Assembly: GCF_009914755.1 (NCBI RefSeq)
Contig: NC_060939.1
From: the human T2T-CHM13v2.0 reference genome, Homo sapiens
Strand: one strand, 5' to 3'
DNA: 64,000 bases
In this document: piece after piece, positions 28,362-49,005 of the stretch
Position numbering within the stretch: the first letter of the stretch is position 1
Layout: each line of letters starts with the position of its first letter
Made by a program: the position numbers and the translations under genes
Notes under the pieces: generated by a model
What the model was told of the DNA's origin: nothing
The model's database searches: none
The model's input: the letters and a program-made list of their open reading frames with translations, nothing else

Positions 28362-28702
28362 AGGGAATTCTCTCTAAATCATTCTATAAGGCTAGCATCA
28401 CCCTAATACCAAAATCAGACAAGGATACAACAACAAAATAAGAAAACTACAAGCCAATATCCCTGATGAAATAGACACAAAAATCTTCAACAAAATACTA
28501 ACAAACCTAAATCAACAGCACATTGAAAAGATAACACACTATGATAAAGTAGGATTTTTACCAGGAATGCAAGGATGGTTCAACATACACAAATCAGCAA
28601 ACATGATACACTGAAAATCTACAGAATGAAGGACCAAAACCATATAATCATCTCAATAGATGCAGAAAAAGCATTTGATAAAATCAACATCCCACTCCTA
28701 TC

Positions 28703-34822
<6,120 letters not shown>

Positions 34823-35097
34823 GACAAAAATAACAAATGCCAGCAAGGATGTGGAGAAAAGGAAAGTCTTGTATATGGCTGGTGGGAATGTAAACTAATA
34901 CAACCACTATGGAAAACAGTGTATGTGGATTTCTCAAAAAACTGAAAATAGAACTACCATTTGATCAAGCAATCCCACTATTGGTTATCTATCCAAAGCA
35001 AAAGAAATCAATATATCAAAGGGATACCTGCACTAGCATATTTATTGTAGCACTATTCACAATAGCAAAGATACAGAATCAACCAAAGTGCCCCTCA

Positions 35098-35130
<33 letters not shown>

Positions 35131-35944
35131 TACCCAACGGAATATTATTTAGCCATAGAAAAGAAATGAATCATGTCATTTGCAGCAACGTAGATGGGAC
35201 TGGAAGTCATTACAAGTAAAATAAGCCAGGCATAAGAAGACAAATATTGCATGTTCTCATATGTGGGATCTAAAAAATATGAACACATAGCGGTAATGTA
35301 AAATAGATCAGAGACACTGGGACAGGTGAGTGGGGGTGAAGGGAGAGGATGAAGAGAGGTAGGTTAAAGGATACCTATAGTAAGATAGAAGGAATAAATT
35401 CATTGTTTGATAGTAGCTTCGGATGACTATACTTAACAAAAATGTACTGTACTTAAGTGATGGACACCTTTAATATCCAGACTTGATTACCACATTATAT
35501 TCATGTAACACAACATCTCATTTACCCCCATAAATATGTGCAAATAAAAAATGCATTTGTATGTATTGGGATTATATTTAGTGTTATATATTCTGTTATA
35601 TCAGGACTTGATGCTATTTCACATGCTTTATTTTACCTTCTATTTTCTCCTTTCTTGCCTCTTAGTTCTAGTTGATTAAAGTATGTTGTTATTGTTGCTC
35701 ATTTTATAATGCAGTTACTGCCTTCTATTGGTTTGGAAGTTGCACACTGTATTTTTTTGTTTATTCATGGTATTTTATCATGCATATTTAACAACTTCAC
35801 CTTTAAAATTAATCAATATCTTAAACCTCCCCCAAAACAATACAATGACCTTACAACACTAAATCTAATCACTCTTCTCCAGAAGTTTGTCATAAATTAT
35901 TTTATACCAAAAAAATGATTTCTCAATTAACTCAATATTAAATT

Positions 35945-38200
35945 GTGAGTTAATTTTTGTGGAAGTTGTAAGTTCAGTGTTAGGACTCTTTTTTTTTTTT
36001 TTTTTACATGTGAATATCTAGTTTTTCCAGCATGATTTGTTGAAAAGACAACCCTTTCTCCACTATGTGCTTTTGCTCCTTTATCAGGGATCAGTTGACT
36101 ATATTTGTGTGAATGTATTTCTTGGTTCTCTTCTCTATTTCACTTATTTTTCTGTATTTTTTTTTTTTTGCCAGTACCATACTATCTTAATTACTGTAGC
36201 TTTACAGTAACTCTTCAAATTGGATAGTATCAGTCCTCCTCTTTTGTTCTTTTCCTTCAATATTGTGTTGGCTATTCTAGGTCTTTTGCCTTTCCATATA
36301 AACTTTATAATTAGTTTGTTAATATCTACAAAATAACTTACTAGGATTTTGATTGGGATTGCATTGAATCTACATATTAACTTGGGAAGAAATGACATCT
36401 TAATAATTGAGGCTTCCTATCGATAGTGTATCTCTCCATTTATTTACATCTCCTTTGATTTCTTTCATCGAAGTTTTGTGGTTTCCCTTATAAATGTACA
36501 TATTTTATTATATTTATTCCTAAGCATTTCAGTGGTAATGTAAATGATACCGTGTTTTTAATTTCAAATTCCAAATGTTCATCACCAGTATATAAGAAAT
36601 CAAATGACTTTTGTAGATTAACATAGAATCCTGCAAATTTATAGTAATCCCGTCAGTTCTAGATGTTTTTTTCTTTTTTGGAGGGGGATTGATTCTTAAG
36701 GATTTTCTACATAGAAAATTATGTAATCTGTGAAAAAAGACATTTTTCCTTCCCAGTCTGTATACATTTTCTTTTCTTACTGCATTAACTAGAACTTCTA
36801 GTATAATCTTGAATAGCAGCAGCAAGAGGGGGTAGCCTGTCTTGATCCCAGTCATAGTGGGAAAGCATCTAGTTTCTCACCATTAAATATTATGTTAGCT
36901 ATAGGTTTTATGTAGATGTTTTTCATCAGGTTGAGGAGATTCTCGTCTATTCATAATTTTTGAGAGTCTTCCTTCTTTATATGATGAATGGGTGCTGAAT
37001 TTTGTCAAATACTCTTTCTGCATGTACAGACATGATCTCCTGATTTTTTCTTTGTCAGCCCATTGATAAGACAGACTACATTAATTGAATTTTGAATGCC
37101 AAATCAGCCTTGTATGCCTGAAATAAATCCTGCTTGGTTATGGTGTATAATTCTTTTTATACATTGGTGGACTCAATTTGCTAATATTTTGTTGTGGATT
37201 TTTGCATCTATGTTCATGAGAGGTAATAGTTTGTAGTATTCCATTCTCGTAATCTCTTTATCTGGTTTTGATATTAGGGTAACGATGGCCTCATAAAATG
37301 AGTTAGTGCTCCCTCTGCTTCAACTTTCTGGAAGAGACTGTAGATAATTGGTATGTTTGTTTGGTAGAAGTCACCAGTGAAACCATCTGGACTTAGTGCT
37401 TTCTTTTTTGAAAGGTTATTAATTATTGATTCAATTTCTTGAACAGATACAGGCCTAGTCATACATATTTCTCTTTGAGTTTTGGTAGAATGCATCTTTC
37501 AATGAATTGGCCCATTTCACCTAAATTATCAAATTTGTGGGCAAAGAGTTGTGTATAATATTTCTGTATTATTCTTCTACTGTCCGTGGCAGTAGTAGCA
37601 ATAGTCCCTCTTTCATTTCTGATATTAGTAATTTGTGTCTTCTCTTTTTCTTTTAGTTAGCCAGGCTACATGTTTAGCAATTTTATTAATTTTTTTCAAA
37701 GAACCAGTCTACAGTTTTATTGTCTTTATTGTTTTCATTTTCAATTTAATCGATCTGTGCTATAATTTGTTATTTTTTTGTTTCTGTTTACATTACTCTT
37801 CTTTTTCTAGTTTCCTAAAAAAGCTTAGACTATTTCTTATTTTTAAATATATGCATTCAGTGTGATACATTTCTATCTAAATACTGCTTTAGCAGCATCC
37901 CACAAATTTTTTAAGTTGTATTTTCATTTAGTTCAAAATATTTCTTAATTTCTCTTGAGACTTACTCTTTAACTCATGTGTTATTCAGAAGTGTGTTCTT
38001 TAATTTCCAAATATTTTTGGTTTTTCCAGCTATCTTTCTGTTTTAGTTTAATTCCACTGTAATCTGAGAATATCTTTTTTGCATAATTTCTACTTTTTTA
38101 AACTTGTTAAAGTGTGATTTATACCCCAGAATGTGGTCTATCTTGCTGAATGCTTTGTGAGAGCTTGAGAAAAATGTGCATTTTGCTGATGCTGGACATA
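35945..38200 (-). mobile_element. Old L1M (L1MB/MC-like) ORF2 fragment
   Basis: Minus-strand peptides [36 protein letters not shown]. Confidence 0.9.
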
Positions 38201-38409
38201 GATTTATTTTACTAGTCCCAGAACTGGTATTGGCATTCACCTCTAGAGTAAACCCAGCTTTTGCATTTTCCTTTAGCTCCCTATCAATTTCCAGATCACT
38301 GTTCTTTTAATTAATCAATACATTAAAAAATAATGTATGCAAGGATAGCTCTTACTACTTCTATTTAATAGTGTAATAACATTTGCTATTATAATATGAA
38401 ATAAATAGG

Positions 38410-38590
38410 AGGCCAAAGTTTTAAAATAAAAGAAGTAATACTATATTTTTAGATGACATTATTGTCTATGTAGAAATTCCTTAAAAAATCTACAAAAATT
38501 GCTAGAAGTACAAATTTAGCACAAAGTCCCAGGATACAAGATCAATATATAATCAATACACTATCAACAAATCACTGGAAAATAAAATTT
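38410..38590 (+). mobile_element. Old L1M ORF2 fragment in the opposite orientation
   Basis: agatgacattattgtctatgtagaaa...caggatacaagatcaatata. Confidence 0.7.
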
Positions 38591-41500
38591 AATTATGCAC
38601 ACACATATACACACAAACACATATTCATGTTCATACACATATTTATCCAAGATCTAGATGCATAATGACAGAAAGACACTGGGCAGCAACTTTTGGCAGC
38701 AACTATTAACCTTTTAAAATACATAAATTTAAAAAATAATAGTCTAAAGAAATGTCTAAAGAAGAGTTATGGCTCTTAGTTGAAATGCAACCACTTTTTA
38801 ACATTAAGGGACCTGCGCAACTCCCTCCCACATCCTCCCGTCAAACAGGTTGATATAACATGAACAGCACCAGTTGGAACTAAGAAGGAAAAGAATACCT
38901 GAGCAGAAATTTGACTTCACAGAAGACACTGCAAAATATATACTAAAGGCCTCTTCTGAGCATGAAATTGTAAGTACGACTGAAAATCCACAGAAGACGT
39001 GTACTCTGGAGCTTATAATAATGCTTCAATGACAAGATTACTCTAAGGTAAGTTAAATAACGTAAGACACTGTGATTTAGTGCCAAGATGGATAGTATAG
39101 ATAAGCAGTGAAGGAGTTTGCTTCAGAGAAAAGAGAAATCTGTGTGGCTGACATGTTAGAATAACACTTTGGGGAAATAAGAAATAATTAGGAAGTATGA
39201 CCTGGAGTAGGGAATGGGGAAGTACAAGAAAGAAACTCTATCCTCAGTAGAATTATTCAGCCGGCCTGATCAGCCCTTCTTTAACTTTAGCTCCTCTCAG
39301 AAGATTATCTGATACCCCGGTTTAAGAAGTGTAACAAAGAAGAAAGAAATGGACATTTAGCTTTTCTCCCCTTCTACCAAAAGCTCAAATGATGAAGGTG
39401 CCCCTTGGATTCTTAACAACAGCCTCTACCACAGCACTGTCCTCAAAGTAAGTAGAATATGTATTTAAGCAGCAAGGCCCCCAAATCACAAAGAATGAGA
39501 GTAAATAAATCAGAAAACTCATATAGGTAGTAGACAGAGTCATAGAAAGAAGACCTCAGAAAAGAGAAAAAAAGAATTATGAGAAAAGAGAAAGAATTTT
39601 TAAGGTATGTTATAAATTAACCACACATTTAGGAAGCACAGTTAAAAAATGGAGTGAAAAATACTGTAGAGGAAACAGGAAGAAGAGACTTTTAAAAGCC
39701 AAGGAAAATAAATACTGACAGGGCTAAGAGAAAGAAGTGGAACTCATCTCCCATGAAACTTCAAAATTTAGGCATTCAATACTTAAACTATTCAATGTTG
39801 AATAACTAGCTTTATTTTTTTTCATCATGAAAGTATTGTTAGAAAAACCATTAAAGCAAGACCAGCCTGAAAACATGGACAGCCCATGACATGAAGAAAT
39901 AAATGTGATATTCACATTCTTGTGCATCATAATTCTATTTGCAGACCTAGATTATGCTTTTGGTTTTGGTCAATTTCTGCATTTAGCTAGTATCCCACAT
40001 AATTCAGAAGAAATTGTACTGTCTGGAAGTGTGCAATTCCTTGGGTAGCATCATCCCTATATGTGTACTTAAGCCAAAAGGTTCTAAGAAGCCATGCAAA
40101 TTAAAGCAGAAATAAAGATAAGAGGTCCCTGGCAACCAGCAGTCTTTGATCCACCTAGACAATGTATAAAAAGGACTTTGATATCAGTTGAACTCAAAAA
40201 GATACACTTTGTGTTTTTTTTAGTAACACACATCGTAATCTATCTCCCTTGAGATTAATGTGTCTCTGTCCAAGTTTGCTAACATCTGTTAAACTCAGTT
40301 TTCCCCCGTGGGGCCTTCCCCTTCTTTTTTTCTCTATCTTCCTGCCTCTTGAAATCTACATCTCTGAAATCATGGGATATGTCTCTTAAGCTATGGGTTT
40401 CCCTGGTCTCTTCCTACTAACACCCTCTTCCCCTCCCTCCCTACTTCCTTCCCTTCCTTTCTTATCTCTTTCAACAGTATTTACTCAGTGTCTTCTCTAT
40501 TCTAGGCATTGTATTTGCTGGAGTCTCCTTAAATTTCTGTATTTTCTTTCTTCTCCAGGCCAAGTAAATTATGTCTTTCAGTCTAAGTATCTTCCTATCT
40601 CTAGGAGATGATCCAAGGAGTCAAATAGCCTTATCCCAGGGATAAGGATATTTCTGTGCCAGTCATCCCAAGAGACAGAGGCCACTGCTTTCACGTACAG
40701 CATAAAAACACACCCAAATAATTTTTAAGGGAAAATAAATGGCTCCCATGAGTGATCCATTTGTAGAAAACAGACTTGGCTAAAACAGACCCAGTTACGT
40801 GTAATCAGGGTACCTACCTATTCTACTGTCCCAGAATTCCCATATCTGTCTCTTGACATCTGTTTTAGGAAAAACAGTAAGAAACAACTAACTGGTCTGA
40901 TCAGCCTTGACAGAGGCAAGCTGAATCACAGCATGTGTTCCTCTGCTGAAGCAACATGACATTAAAGCCAAATACACACCAATGTCAGTTGTGACACAGT
41001 CCCAAATTGGAAGAAATTAAACTTGCCATCAATATTGTGGTAGAAGGCAATGGGAATTGCTACTGGTAATGGTTAATGTTCATTTCTTCCTGTTCCACTT
41101 TCTATAAACAAGGTAATGCCTATACAAGCTCATTACTGTAAACTGAGCACATTTAAATTGGCAGTAAAACCAGAGTATTTACTCTAGTGCACATATAAAG
41201 TGCCTCATCCAATGTTTTGGAAACGTTTCAAGTTTTGAAACCAAGCAGCTGGCAGCTTTACAAGCCAAACCTTACACTTAAATCATTCACTCTGGAAAGT
41301 TTTTTGGTGTCCTGTGTCAGGTAGTACCATTCAGCAGACATTCATTCCCCCACCCCTTGAATTCTTTTGCAATAAGTTTGCATTCATGGGGCTCTTATAA
41401 CTCTTCCAGCACCACAGACTCCAATGGCTGTTGATTAAATGTATATATCCTGTGCATTTAATCTGACTTTCATTATGGCCACTTCATAAAACCGCCACAG

Positions 41501-43084
41501 ACTGGACAAGCGATGACACATAGCAAGAACCTGGAATCCCTGCAAAGTCTCAGATTAGTTTTTTTTTTCTCCTTCTTTATTAATAGTGACCATTCTGTGG
41601 CCTAGCTCTAAATCAGCAAAAGTATTTGACAGCAAATGTTCCTATCTATGGATTATATATAACCCGTCCTAAACACCAGATGAAAAAGGGATAACCCCGG
41701 GAAAGGAAGGGCTTGCTTCCATGTAAATCATGTTACAAATTGGACAACACCCAGAGAGTTCATTGTTCAACCTCAATTGTGAAGGCCATTCCCATTTACT
41801 ATCCCCCTGGAATCGATGTTAATTAAGGCAGGCTGAGACCATAAATCAGCTTGGGAGTTTTACAATGTAATTCAGCATTAAGCATATATATTTAAATAAA
41901 AAGTAACTGATTAACCACTAGAGTTTTTCCAGAAGTTGCTGAGGCCATTTCTTTATAATAGAGACATGTCACCTTTCATTTTTGTGAAGAGAGGAAAGAA
42001 ATATTGTCTTCTAAAAAGGTGAGTTAGGGCTAGTTAAGTGACTCACAACATTGATTATTAAGAGGAAGGGAGGAGCTGAAAAGAGAAAAGAAGAGAACAA
42101 AAAGGGAGGGGAGTCACATGCAAAAGGAGAGGAAGTTGGCATGTTTGTCCTAGCTCCCTAGAAGTCATTAATTCTTCCTTTATTTGCAATCATTTCTTAG
42201 TCACCTATTATATGGTAGGCACTGTGCTAGGCATTGGAAGATATAAAAAAGTAAATGATAATCAGCCCCCTGCCCTTGAAATAAGTGTTCAGTACTGTGG
42301 TGGGGGAAATCAACAGTCACGGTTCTAATAATAAAATTTGGGAACAACATTCACAAGCACTTATTGAATACCTACTATGAATATGCTCCAAAGATAATAT
42401 ATTTTATATTCTAATTGTATAAAATATCAGAGAGGCAATTTGTGTGTCTTAAAGAATTCCAGCCAAAGCAACCACACCTGCCTGACAGAAGCCAACAGAA
42501 CACCTCTCTGCATATTCTGACGAAGTGGCCTTCATCAAAGAAAGCACTGGCTCTCTGAATCCACAGCTGAAGAGGCAGAATTGTTTGATAAGTACATTCT
42601 TTCTCAAGAGCTGTGCTAATAGAACACGTTTACTCAGGTCCAACTATACCATGAATCATAAAACAACCTGCAGACAGATAATCTAGGGAGCGGAATTTCC
42701 TCTAACCCAAAGTACATGGATAACACACATTCAGTAAGTAATTCAGATACAACGAACGTTATGAGGGGCCCACTATGTACTGTGAACTTTCACCATTTCA
42801 TTTCATCTAGATAACAAATCTACGATGTAGGCATTATTTCCTGTCTAAAGGAATAAGCTAAAGTTTATGATGTAAATCCAAGTTCACACCACAAATAATT
42901 GACAGGGCAAAAAACTTGAACCTTTCCTCTCAACATCTATGGCTGTTCCCCGTCTCCTCTGCTAAGATGTAACTTTAAATTAAAGATCTATATTCTATTA
43001 GGCCAAAGGTAGTAGAAATAATATAAATAAGAAACTTACTATAAAGTCAGAATTGAAAACCAAATTGAGCAAGAGAATAATAAT

Positions 43085-43300
43085 AAATGTTAACATTTGC
43101 GTGCTTACTATTTACAGGCTCTAGACACTTTTTACACATATTAACTCATTTAATCTTCACATCCACCATATGAAGTAGGCAGTCATGTTTGTCCTGTTTA
43201 TAGATTAGGAAAGTCAGGCACAAAAACTAAAATGAACTTCCCCCCAGTTAGGAACACAGTAGAGGAGGGTTCAAAATCTAAATAGTCTAGCACCTTAACC
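43085..43300 (-). mobile_element. MIR SINE
   Basis: taactcatttaatcttcaca...tgaagtagg...tttatagattaggaaagtcaggcaca. Confidence 0.75.
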
Positions 43301-43723
43301 TCAGTCCTAGATACTAGTATGTGAAACAGGGTGGTGCCCTGGAGCAACTTCCTTCATGCCGCATGACCTTCAAGTGGCCATCTGTACCATTTCAAAATAA
43401 ATTAATCAAATGTGTTTCTTTCCAAAGGGTTAGATTCCTTTATAATCTGATCCCAAACAATCTCTCCAGTCTCATCTCTGGACACTCATCACCAAGTATC
43501 TATGCCTGCATAACATTTATACAACACCACCATTTATGTAAATAAAACATATAGAGAAAAAATAACACTGTGTTTTCCATCAATAATATGTCCATATCTA
43601 AATATAGATTGGAGTGAAAACCTGTGGGGGAAACCAGAGAATTTGCACAGACCAGTGTGTTACATGCGCCATAAAATGAGGAGCATGATAACTTAAAATC
43701 TGTGGATCTAAGTCTCTCCCTCG

Positions 43724-44390
43724 CTTAGTTCATTCAAGCTTCTATAACAAAATACCATCAACTTTGTGGCTTACAAACAACAGAAACTTATTTCTCATAG
43801 TCCTGGAAGCCGGGAATTTCTAGATCAAGGCACTGGCAGATTCAGTGTCTGGTGAGGGCCCACTTTTTGGTTCATAGGTGGTGCATTCTTGCCATTTCCT
43901 CACATGGTAGAATGGACAAGCTAGCTCTCTCAGGCCTCTTTTACAAGGACACTAATCCCACTCATGAGGGCTCTGCCCTCATGACCTAATCAATTCCCAA
44001 AGTTCTCATCTCCTAATACTATCACCTTTGTATAGGAGTCCTCCTTTATCCATGGGGGATATGTTCCAAGACTCCCAGTGGATGCCTGAAACCGCAGACA
44101 GTAACAAACTACTGGTATAGTAATACATACTATGTTTTTCTCCTATACATACATACCTAGGATCAAGTTTAGTTTGTAAATAGGAACAGTAAGAGATTAA
44201 CAACTAGTAATGAAGTGAACTGCAACACCATATCATAGTAAGTTATGTAAACGTGATGTCTCTCAAAATATCTTACCATACTGTACTCACCTGACTGTGG
44301 AAAGCAAAACCATGAATGGGGTGGAGGGACTACTGTATTAGGATTTGAACATTTGATTTTTGGCGAGACACAAACATTCAGACTGTAGAA
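43724..44390 (-). mobile_element. MLT1A-type MaLR LTR split by MER44A
   Basis: tataacaaaatacca...gcttacaaacaacagaaacttatttctcatag...ctcatgacctaatca; resumes at 44338 ttaggatttgaaca...acacaaacattcagac. Confidence 0.85.
44033..44335. mobile_element. MER44A (Tigger7-derived) DNA transposon fossil
   Basis: ttatccatgggggatatgttccaagactcccagtggatgcctgaaaccgc...ggactactg; TA on both sides. Confidence 0.85.
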
Positions 44391-46461
44391 GTCCCAACCC
44401 CCTCTCAAATCCTATATTAAAACTACCAATTTCTAAACATGACATGAACTTTTATGAGTCAGGATATTTGAACATACTGTTTCCTGCCTTCTTTAATTGA
44501 CAGGACAGTAAAATCTTAGTCATCTTTCAAAACTGAGTTCATATACGACCTCTTGATAAAGCCTTCCTAAATCCCTTCATACAGAGCTAACTGCAGGTCC
44601 TCTGACATATACCTACCTATCATACTGTCCTGTAATACTTTACCTAAACCCTCCACTGTATTGCTTGCTCCTTAAGAACAAATACTATGCCACTATGTCA
44701 TCTTTACTTTTGTATAACCAACATCTACATAAGGAACAGTAAAATAGTAGATGCCCAATAAATGTTTCCTAAGTATTGATATTACATAAGAAGCAAGTAT
44801 GAATTAAAAACGTACATTGTTTCTTCCAGCTAAAAGCAAAACAATGTATGTTTTGGATTCCAGGAGTCAAGTTTCTTGAAATCCTAGAATCACTTTCATC
44901 TCATGTCTCAGAAAAGCTGTCTCTCAATCTACAGTGAATACCATCTCATTTATATTGTAGGCTTCCTACATTTTTCTTGTCTGAATTGAAGTTAAGACAA
45001 ATAGTTTTCATCCAGAACATGATTCTAGATAAAGACACTGTGGTCACCAAGACTATGGACGTATTTACTAAAATACCAGTGCCACTGGTATCCTGCTAAA
45101 GCCCTTGCAAATGAAGGTGGTTCACAAGGAACTGCTTTTCTCTGGGGCACTGGATCATAACACTGGAGTTCTCCTGAGTGACTTGAAGTCTGAAAGGCCA
45201 AATTGAATTGCAGTCTTCTCACCTGGCCACTATCAATGATGTCATTTTATAGTTTGTTATTTAAACTGACTGTGCATTAGGGGCTTATTTATAAGGGGAT
45301 ACCCTTATAAAAGTCTTATTTTCTTCTACAGCACAGGAGGAGGAGGAAAAGGAAGAGGTGAAGTTGCTTGTGTTTTAGTCTTGGTTTCATGCTAAGTATG
45401 TGGCAAGTCACTCAGCTTCTCTAGCCCTCAATTTCTTTGTCTATGAGGGTACCAGACCTGGTGACTGAAGGAAGGCTAACCATGGCACTTATGATACAAA
45501 TCTTGTTTCCAGGCTCTTGACAAACATTAATAATGAATCATGACACTTTCCAGCTAGACTTTTCTGAATACTTTTCAATACGGCACTTCAGAAAGCTACT
45601 ATCAATCTAATGGAAGATGTCATTTGTTATTAAATCTATTGCCATCCCTTACAACCCTTGAGTTCTAATATTCTGTACATCTGGGTTAGTGGATATAGAA
45701 CACATGTGGCCACCAGTGGGCGCTCAATAAGAAAGTGTATCAGAAGTTCTGTGATAACATAGGTTTGATTTGTTCCTTCTCTAAAGAGTGTATGTTAACA
45801 TTTCATAGCCATTTGAATAACAGAATCTCCATGACTGCTGCAGAGTATGCCCTCTGTGTTCTCAAATGTGACTGCCTTCTTTTCCAATTATGTCTAATAT
45901 TTTAACACACAATGAATATACTACAAAGACATCATTTGAAACGGTGAGATTCAGGTGGAAAAGAGTCCTACAACAAACATTTTTAAACCTATGCCAAGTC
46001 ATCACCAAGAACAGCTGGAAACCCTCCCTCCCTGCCAAAAAACGGTTTTTGTTTCCTGTTGTGAAATTATTCAGTACACCAAGATCATACTTTAACAGCC
46101 AAGTCCTACTAAAGCACTATTTTAAAATGCTCTAATGAATGAGAATCTTTTTCTCGGTCTAAACATAGTAGAGGCTCCTTTGGTTAGGAAGAGACAGATT
46201 CACAGAGCTGTACAGGGTCTTAGATATAATCTCTGCAAATCCAAGTGTTAGATAAATAAACTTGTCAAAAGAAGTCCAATGGCTTGACCAAGGCCACATA
46301 CCCCGGATTTGTGGCAGAATAAAGAATGAACCCCCCATATCCTGATTCCCACCTCAGTGCTTTTTCTAAACTTAATTTTTGCTGATGTCTATTTGAAAAG
46401 AGGACTTGATGGCTGACCAGATCCGAGCGATCTTTGCTGCATCTCTATCATGATGCTTCTT

Positions 46462-46730
46462 TTTTATTTAAGTTCTGGGATACATGTATAGAATGTGTGC
46501 GTTTGTTACCTAGGTATACATGTGCCATGGTGGTATGCTGCACCTATCAACCTGTCATCTAGGTTTTAAACCCTGTGCACATTAGGTATTTGTCCTAATG
46601 CTCTCCCTCTCCTGCCCCCACCCACCGACATGCCCCAGTGTGTGATGTTCCCCTCCCTGTGTCCACGGGTTCTCATTGTTCAACTCCCATTTATGAGTGA
46701 GAACATCCAGTGTGTGGTTTTCTATTCCTG
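46462..46730 (-). mobile_element. Short L1PA (PA8-like) 3'UTR insertion
   Basis: Perfect 16-bp TSD tatcatgatgcttctt at 46446-46461 and 46731-46746. Confidence 0.95.
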
Positions 46731-47308
46731 TATCATGATGCTTCTTAGACACTGTTCAGCACAAGGAATTTTGTTTGAGTCCTTTTACTTCAGCACAATC
46801 AACACAGGTGCCAGTAAAATAATTTTTCATTTTCTTTCCCGAAAGCAAAATATGTTAGGGAAACTGTTGATTTATATTCCTAATGAAACACTACTTAGAG
46901 ATGAGGTCCTGGGACACTGTCTGCAGTCTTCCCAGGTGCAGAAGCAGAAACTTCTGCCAGAGGACAGTCAACAACCAGACTATTACAATCCTCAAATAGA
47001 AAATTATTTTCCTAGGCATATTAAGGAATAGCTTTGTGCTCTTCCAACCAACAGGACTAAATTTGAGGATTCAGGAAGAGGACCTCAAAACCAATCCTTA
47101 TCATAATTACTTCCCAGAGGAGGGCCGGTTTTGGATGAGCAGAGGGAAAAGGGAATGGCCAAGCTAACTGATTTAGGAGCTGGTTACAATTTCATGGCAA
47201 CAAAGTGAGTCCTTTTTCATATGTTCCCTTCTCTGTAGAATCTCGGTATCCCAGACTGAAAAAGAAAAGCATATCAAATGCCAAAGTCTTTATAAAATGG
47301 TCACTGCT

Positions 47309-48145
47309 CAAAGGGCTAATATCCAGAATCTACAAACAACTTCAACAAATCTACAAGAAAAAAACAAACAACCCCATTAAAAAGTGGGCAAAGCATATGA
47401 ACAGAGACTTCTCGAAAGAAGACATTTATGCAGCCAACAAACATATGAAAAAATGCTCATCATTGGTCATTAGAGAAATGCAAATCAAAGCCACAGAGAG
47501 ATACTATCTCACACCAGTTAGAACGGCAATCATTAAAAAGTCAGGAAACAATAGATGCTGGAGAGGATGTGGAGAAACAGGAGCACTTTTACACTGTTGG
47601 TTGGAGTGTAAATTAGTTCAACCACTGTGGGAGACAGTGTGTCGACTCCTCAAGGATCTAGAACTAGAAATACCGTTTCACCCAGTGATCCCATTACTGG
47701 GTATATACCCAAAGGATTATAAATCATGCTACTATAAAGACACACGCACACGTATGTTTATTGCGGCACTATTCACAATAGCAAAGACTTGGAACCAACC
47801 CAAATGTCCATCAATGATAGACTGGATAAAGAAAATGTGAAACATATACACCATGGAATACTATGCAGCCATAAAAAAGGATGAGTTCATGTCCTTTGCA
47901 GGGACATGGATGAAGCTGGAAACCATCAATCTCAGCAAACTAACACAAGAACAGAAAACCAAACACCGCATATTCTCACTCATAAGCAGGAACTGAACAA
48001 TGAGAACACGTGGACACAGGATGGGGAACACCACACACCCGGACCTGTCAGGGGATGGGGGGCTAAGTATGGTACGTGTATACCTATGTAACAAAAATGC
48101 ATGTTCTGCACGTGTACCCTAGAACTTAAAGTATAATTAAAAAAG
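47309..48145 (+). mobile_element. 5'-truncated L1PA (PA5-7-like) with a 3'UTR internal deletion
   Basis: ORF2 C-terminus ([10 protein letters not shown]...[19 protein letters not shown]); TSD aa(a/t)atggtcactgct at 47294-47308 and 48146-48160. Confidence 0.95.
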
Positions 48146-48849
48146 AATATGGTCACTGCTATTTGGCCCACAATTTCTTCTTCCACCTAAGGGAATTAAA
48201 ATAAAAATTCATAATGGTACTTTATTAGAGACACTCCACACATGCATTTGAAAAAAATCTGTTAAGTACAATTTCCTTTTGTCAATATTTCAAAGCGTCT
48301 TAGATTCTGGGCACCATGGCAGGAAATGTCATATATTTTCTTATCTCAGCAATTTCACCTTCCTAGTAGAATGCTTTTAAGAACTCTAATAAGGACAATA
48401 CTCCCTGCAACAAAGGCTTTCTGCCAATAAGAAATGTCCCTTCCCAAACCACAAAGGAATAGATATCTCACGGTCTCCAAGGAAGGTAGTCTGACATGTG
48501 AATGGTGCAGATGGTTGTATTCCTGTGTTAAAACAGTAAAGATCATAAAGTTTGGCTTTTTGAAAGCCAATTAAAAGTGACTACGCTGGTTTATACAATT
48601 TTACTTTTCAAAAGAGAGCATCAGGATAGCAAGGTAACAAGCAAGTCTGTTCCCCCAAGACAGGTGTAGAGTTGCTTAATTTATTCATGCTTGATGGTTG
48701 AATGTTACAAGGGTCATATCTATGTATGTAAAACAAAGTAAAGAAAAATCAAGAAATTCGTTAAAGATTGAGGTGATTAATCTTGTATGTATTCCTTCAT
48801 CTTCCTCATAGAACAACCTAGAATGGGGGAGGTAGAGTTGAAAGATCTC

Positions 48850-49005
48850 CATTTTAATGCCAGTCTGCCTTTTGCCACTTGTGTAAATCCTGAGCAAGCT
48901 ATTAAACTCTCTGAGCTTTGTTTCCTCCTCCGTAAAAACAGAAATAAGACCTGTCTGCCTTACAGAGCTATTGCACAATTAGTGAGATAAAATGTGAAAT
49001 GTGCC
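48850..49005 (+). mobile_element. MIR SINE
   Basis: tgagcaagctattaaactctctgagctttgtttcctcctccgtaaaa. Confidence 0.75.

Noticed and set aside
45288-45311. 10-bp inverted repeat tttataaggg-gata-cccttataaa
   Set aside because: Short and AT-rich; plausible by chance in 64 kb, with no supporting context
47205-47840. 211-aa ORF with a unique N-terminus fused to L1 ORF2
   Set aside because: Starts at GTG in flanking DNA and reads into a truncated L1 by chance; no promoter or splice support
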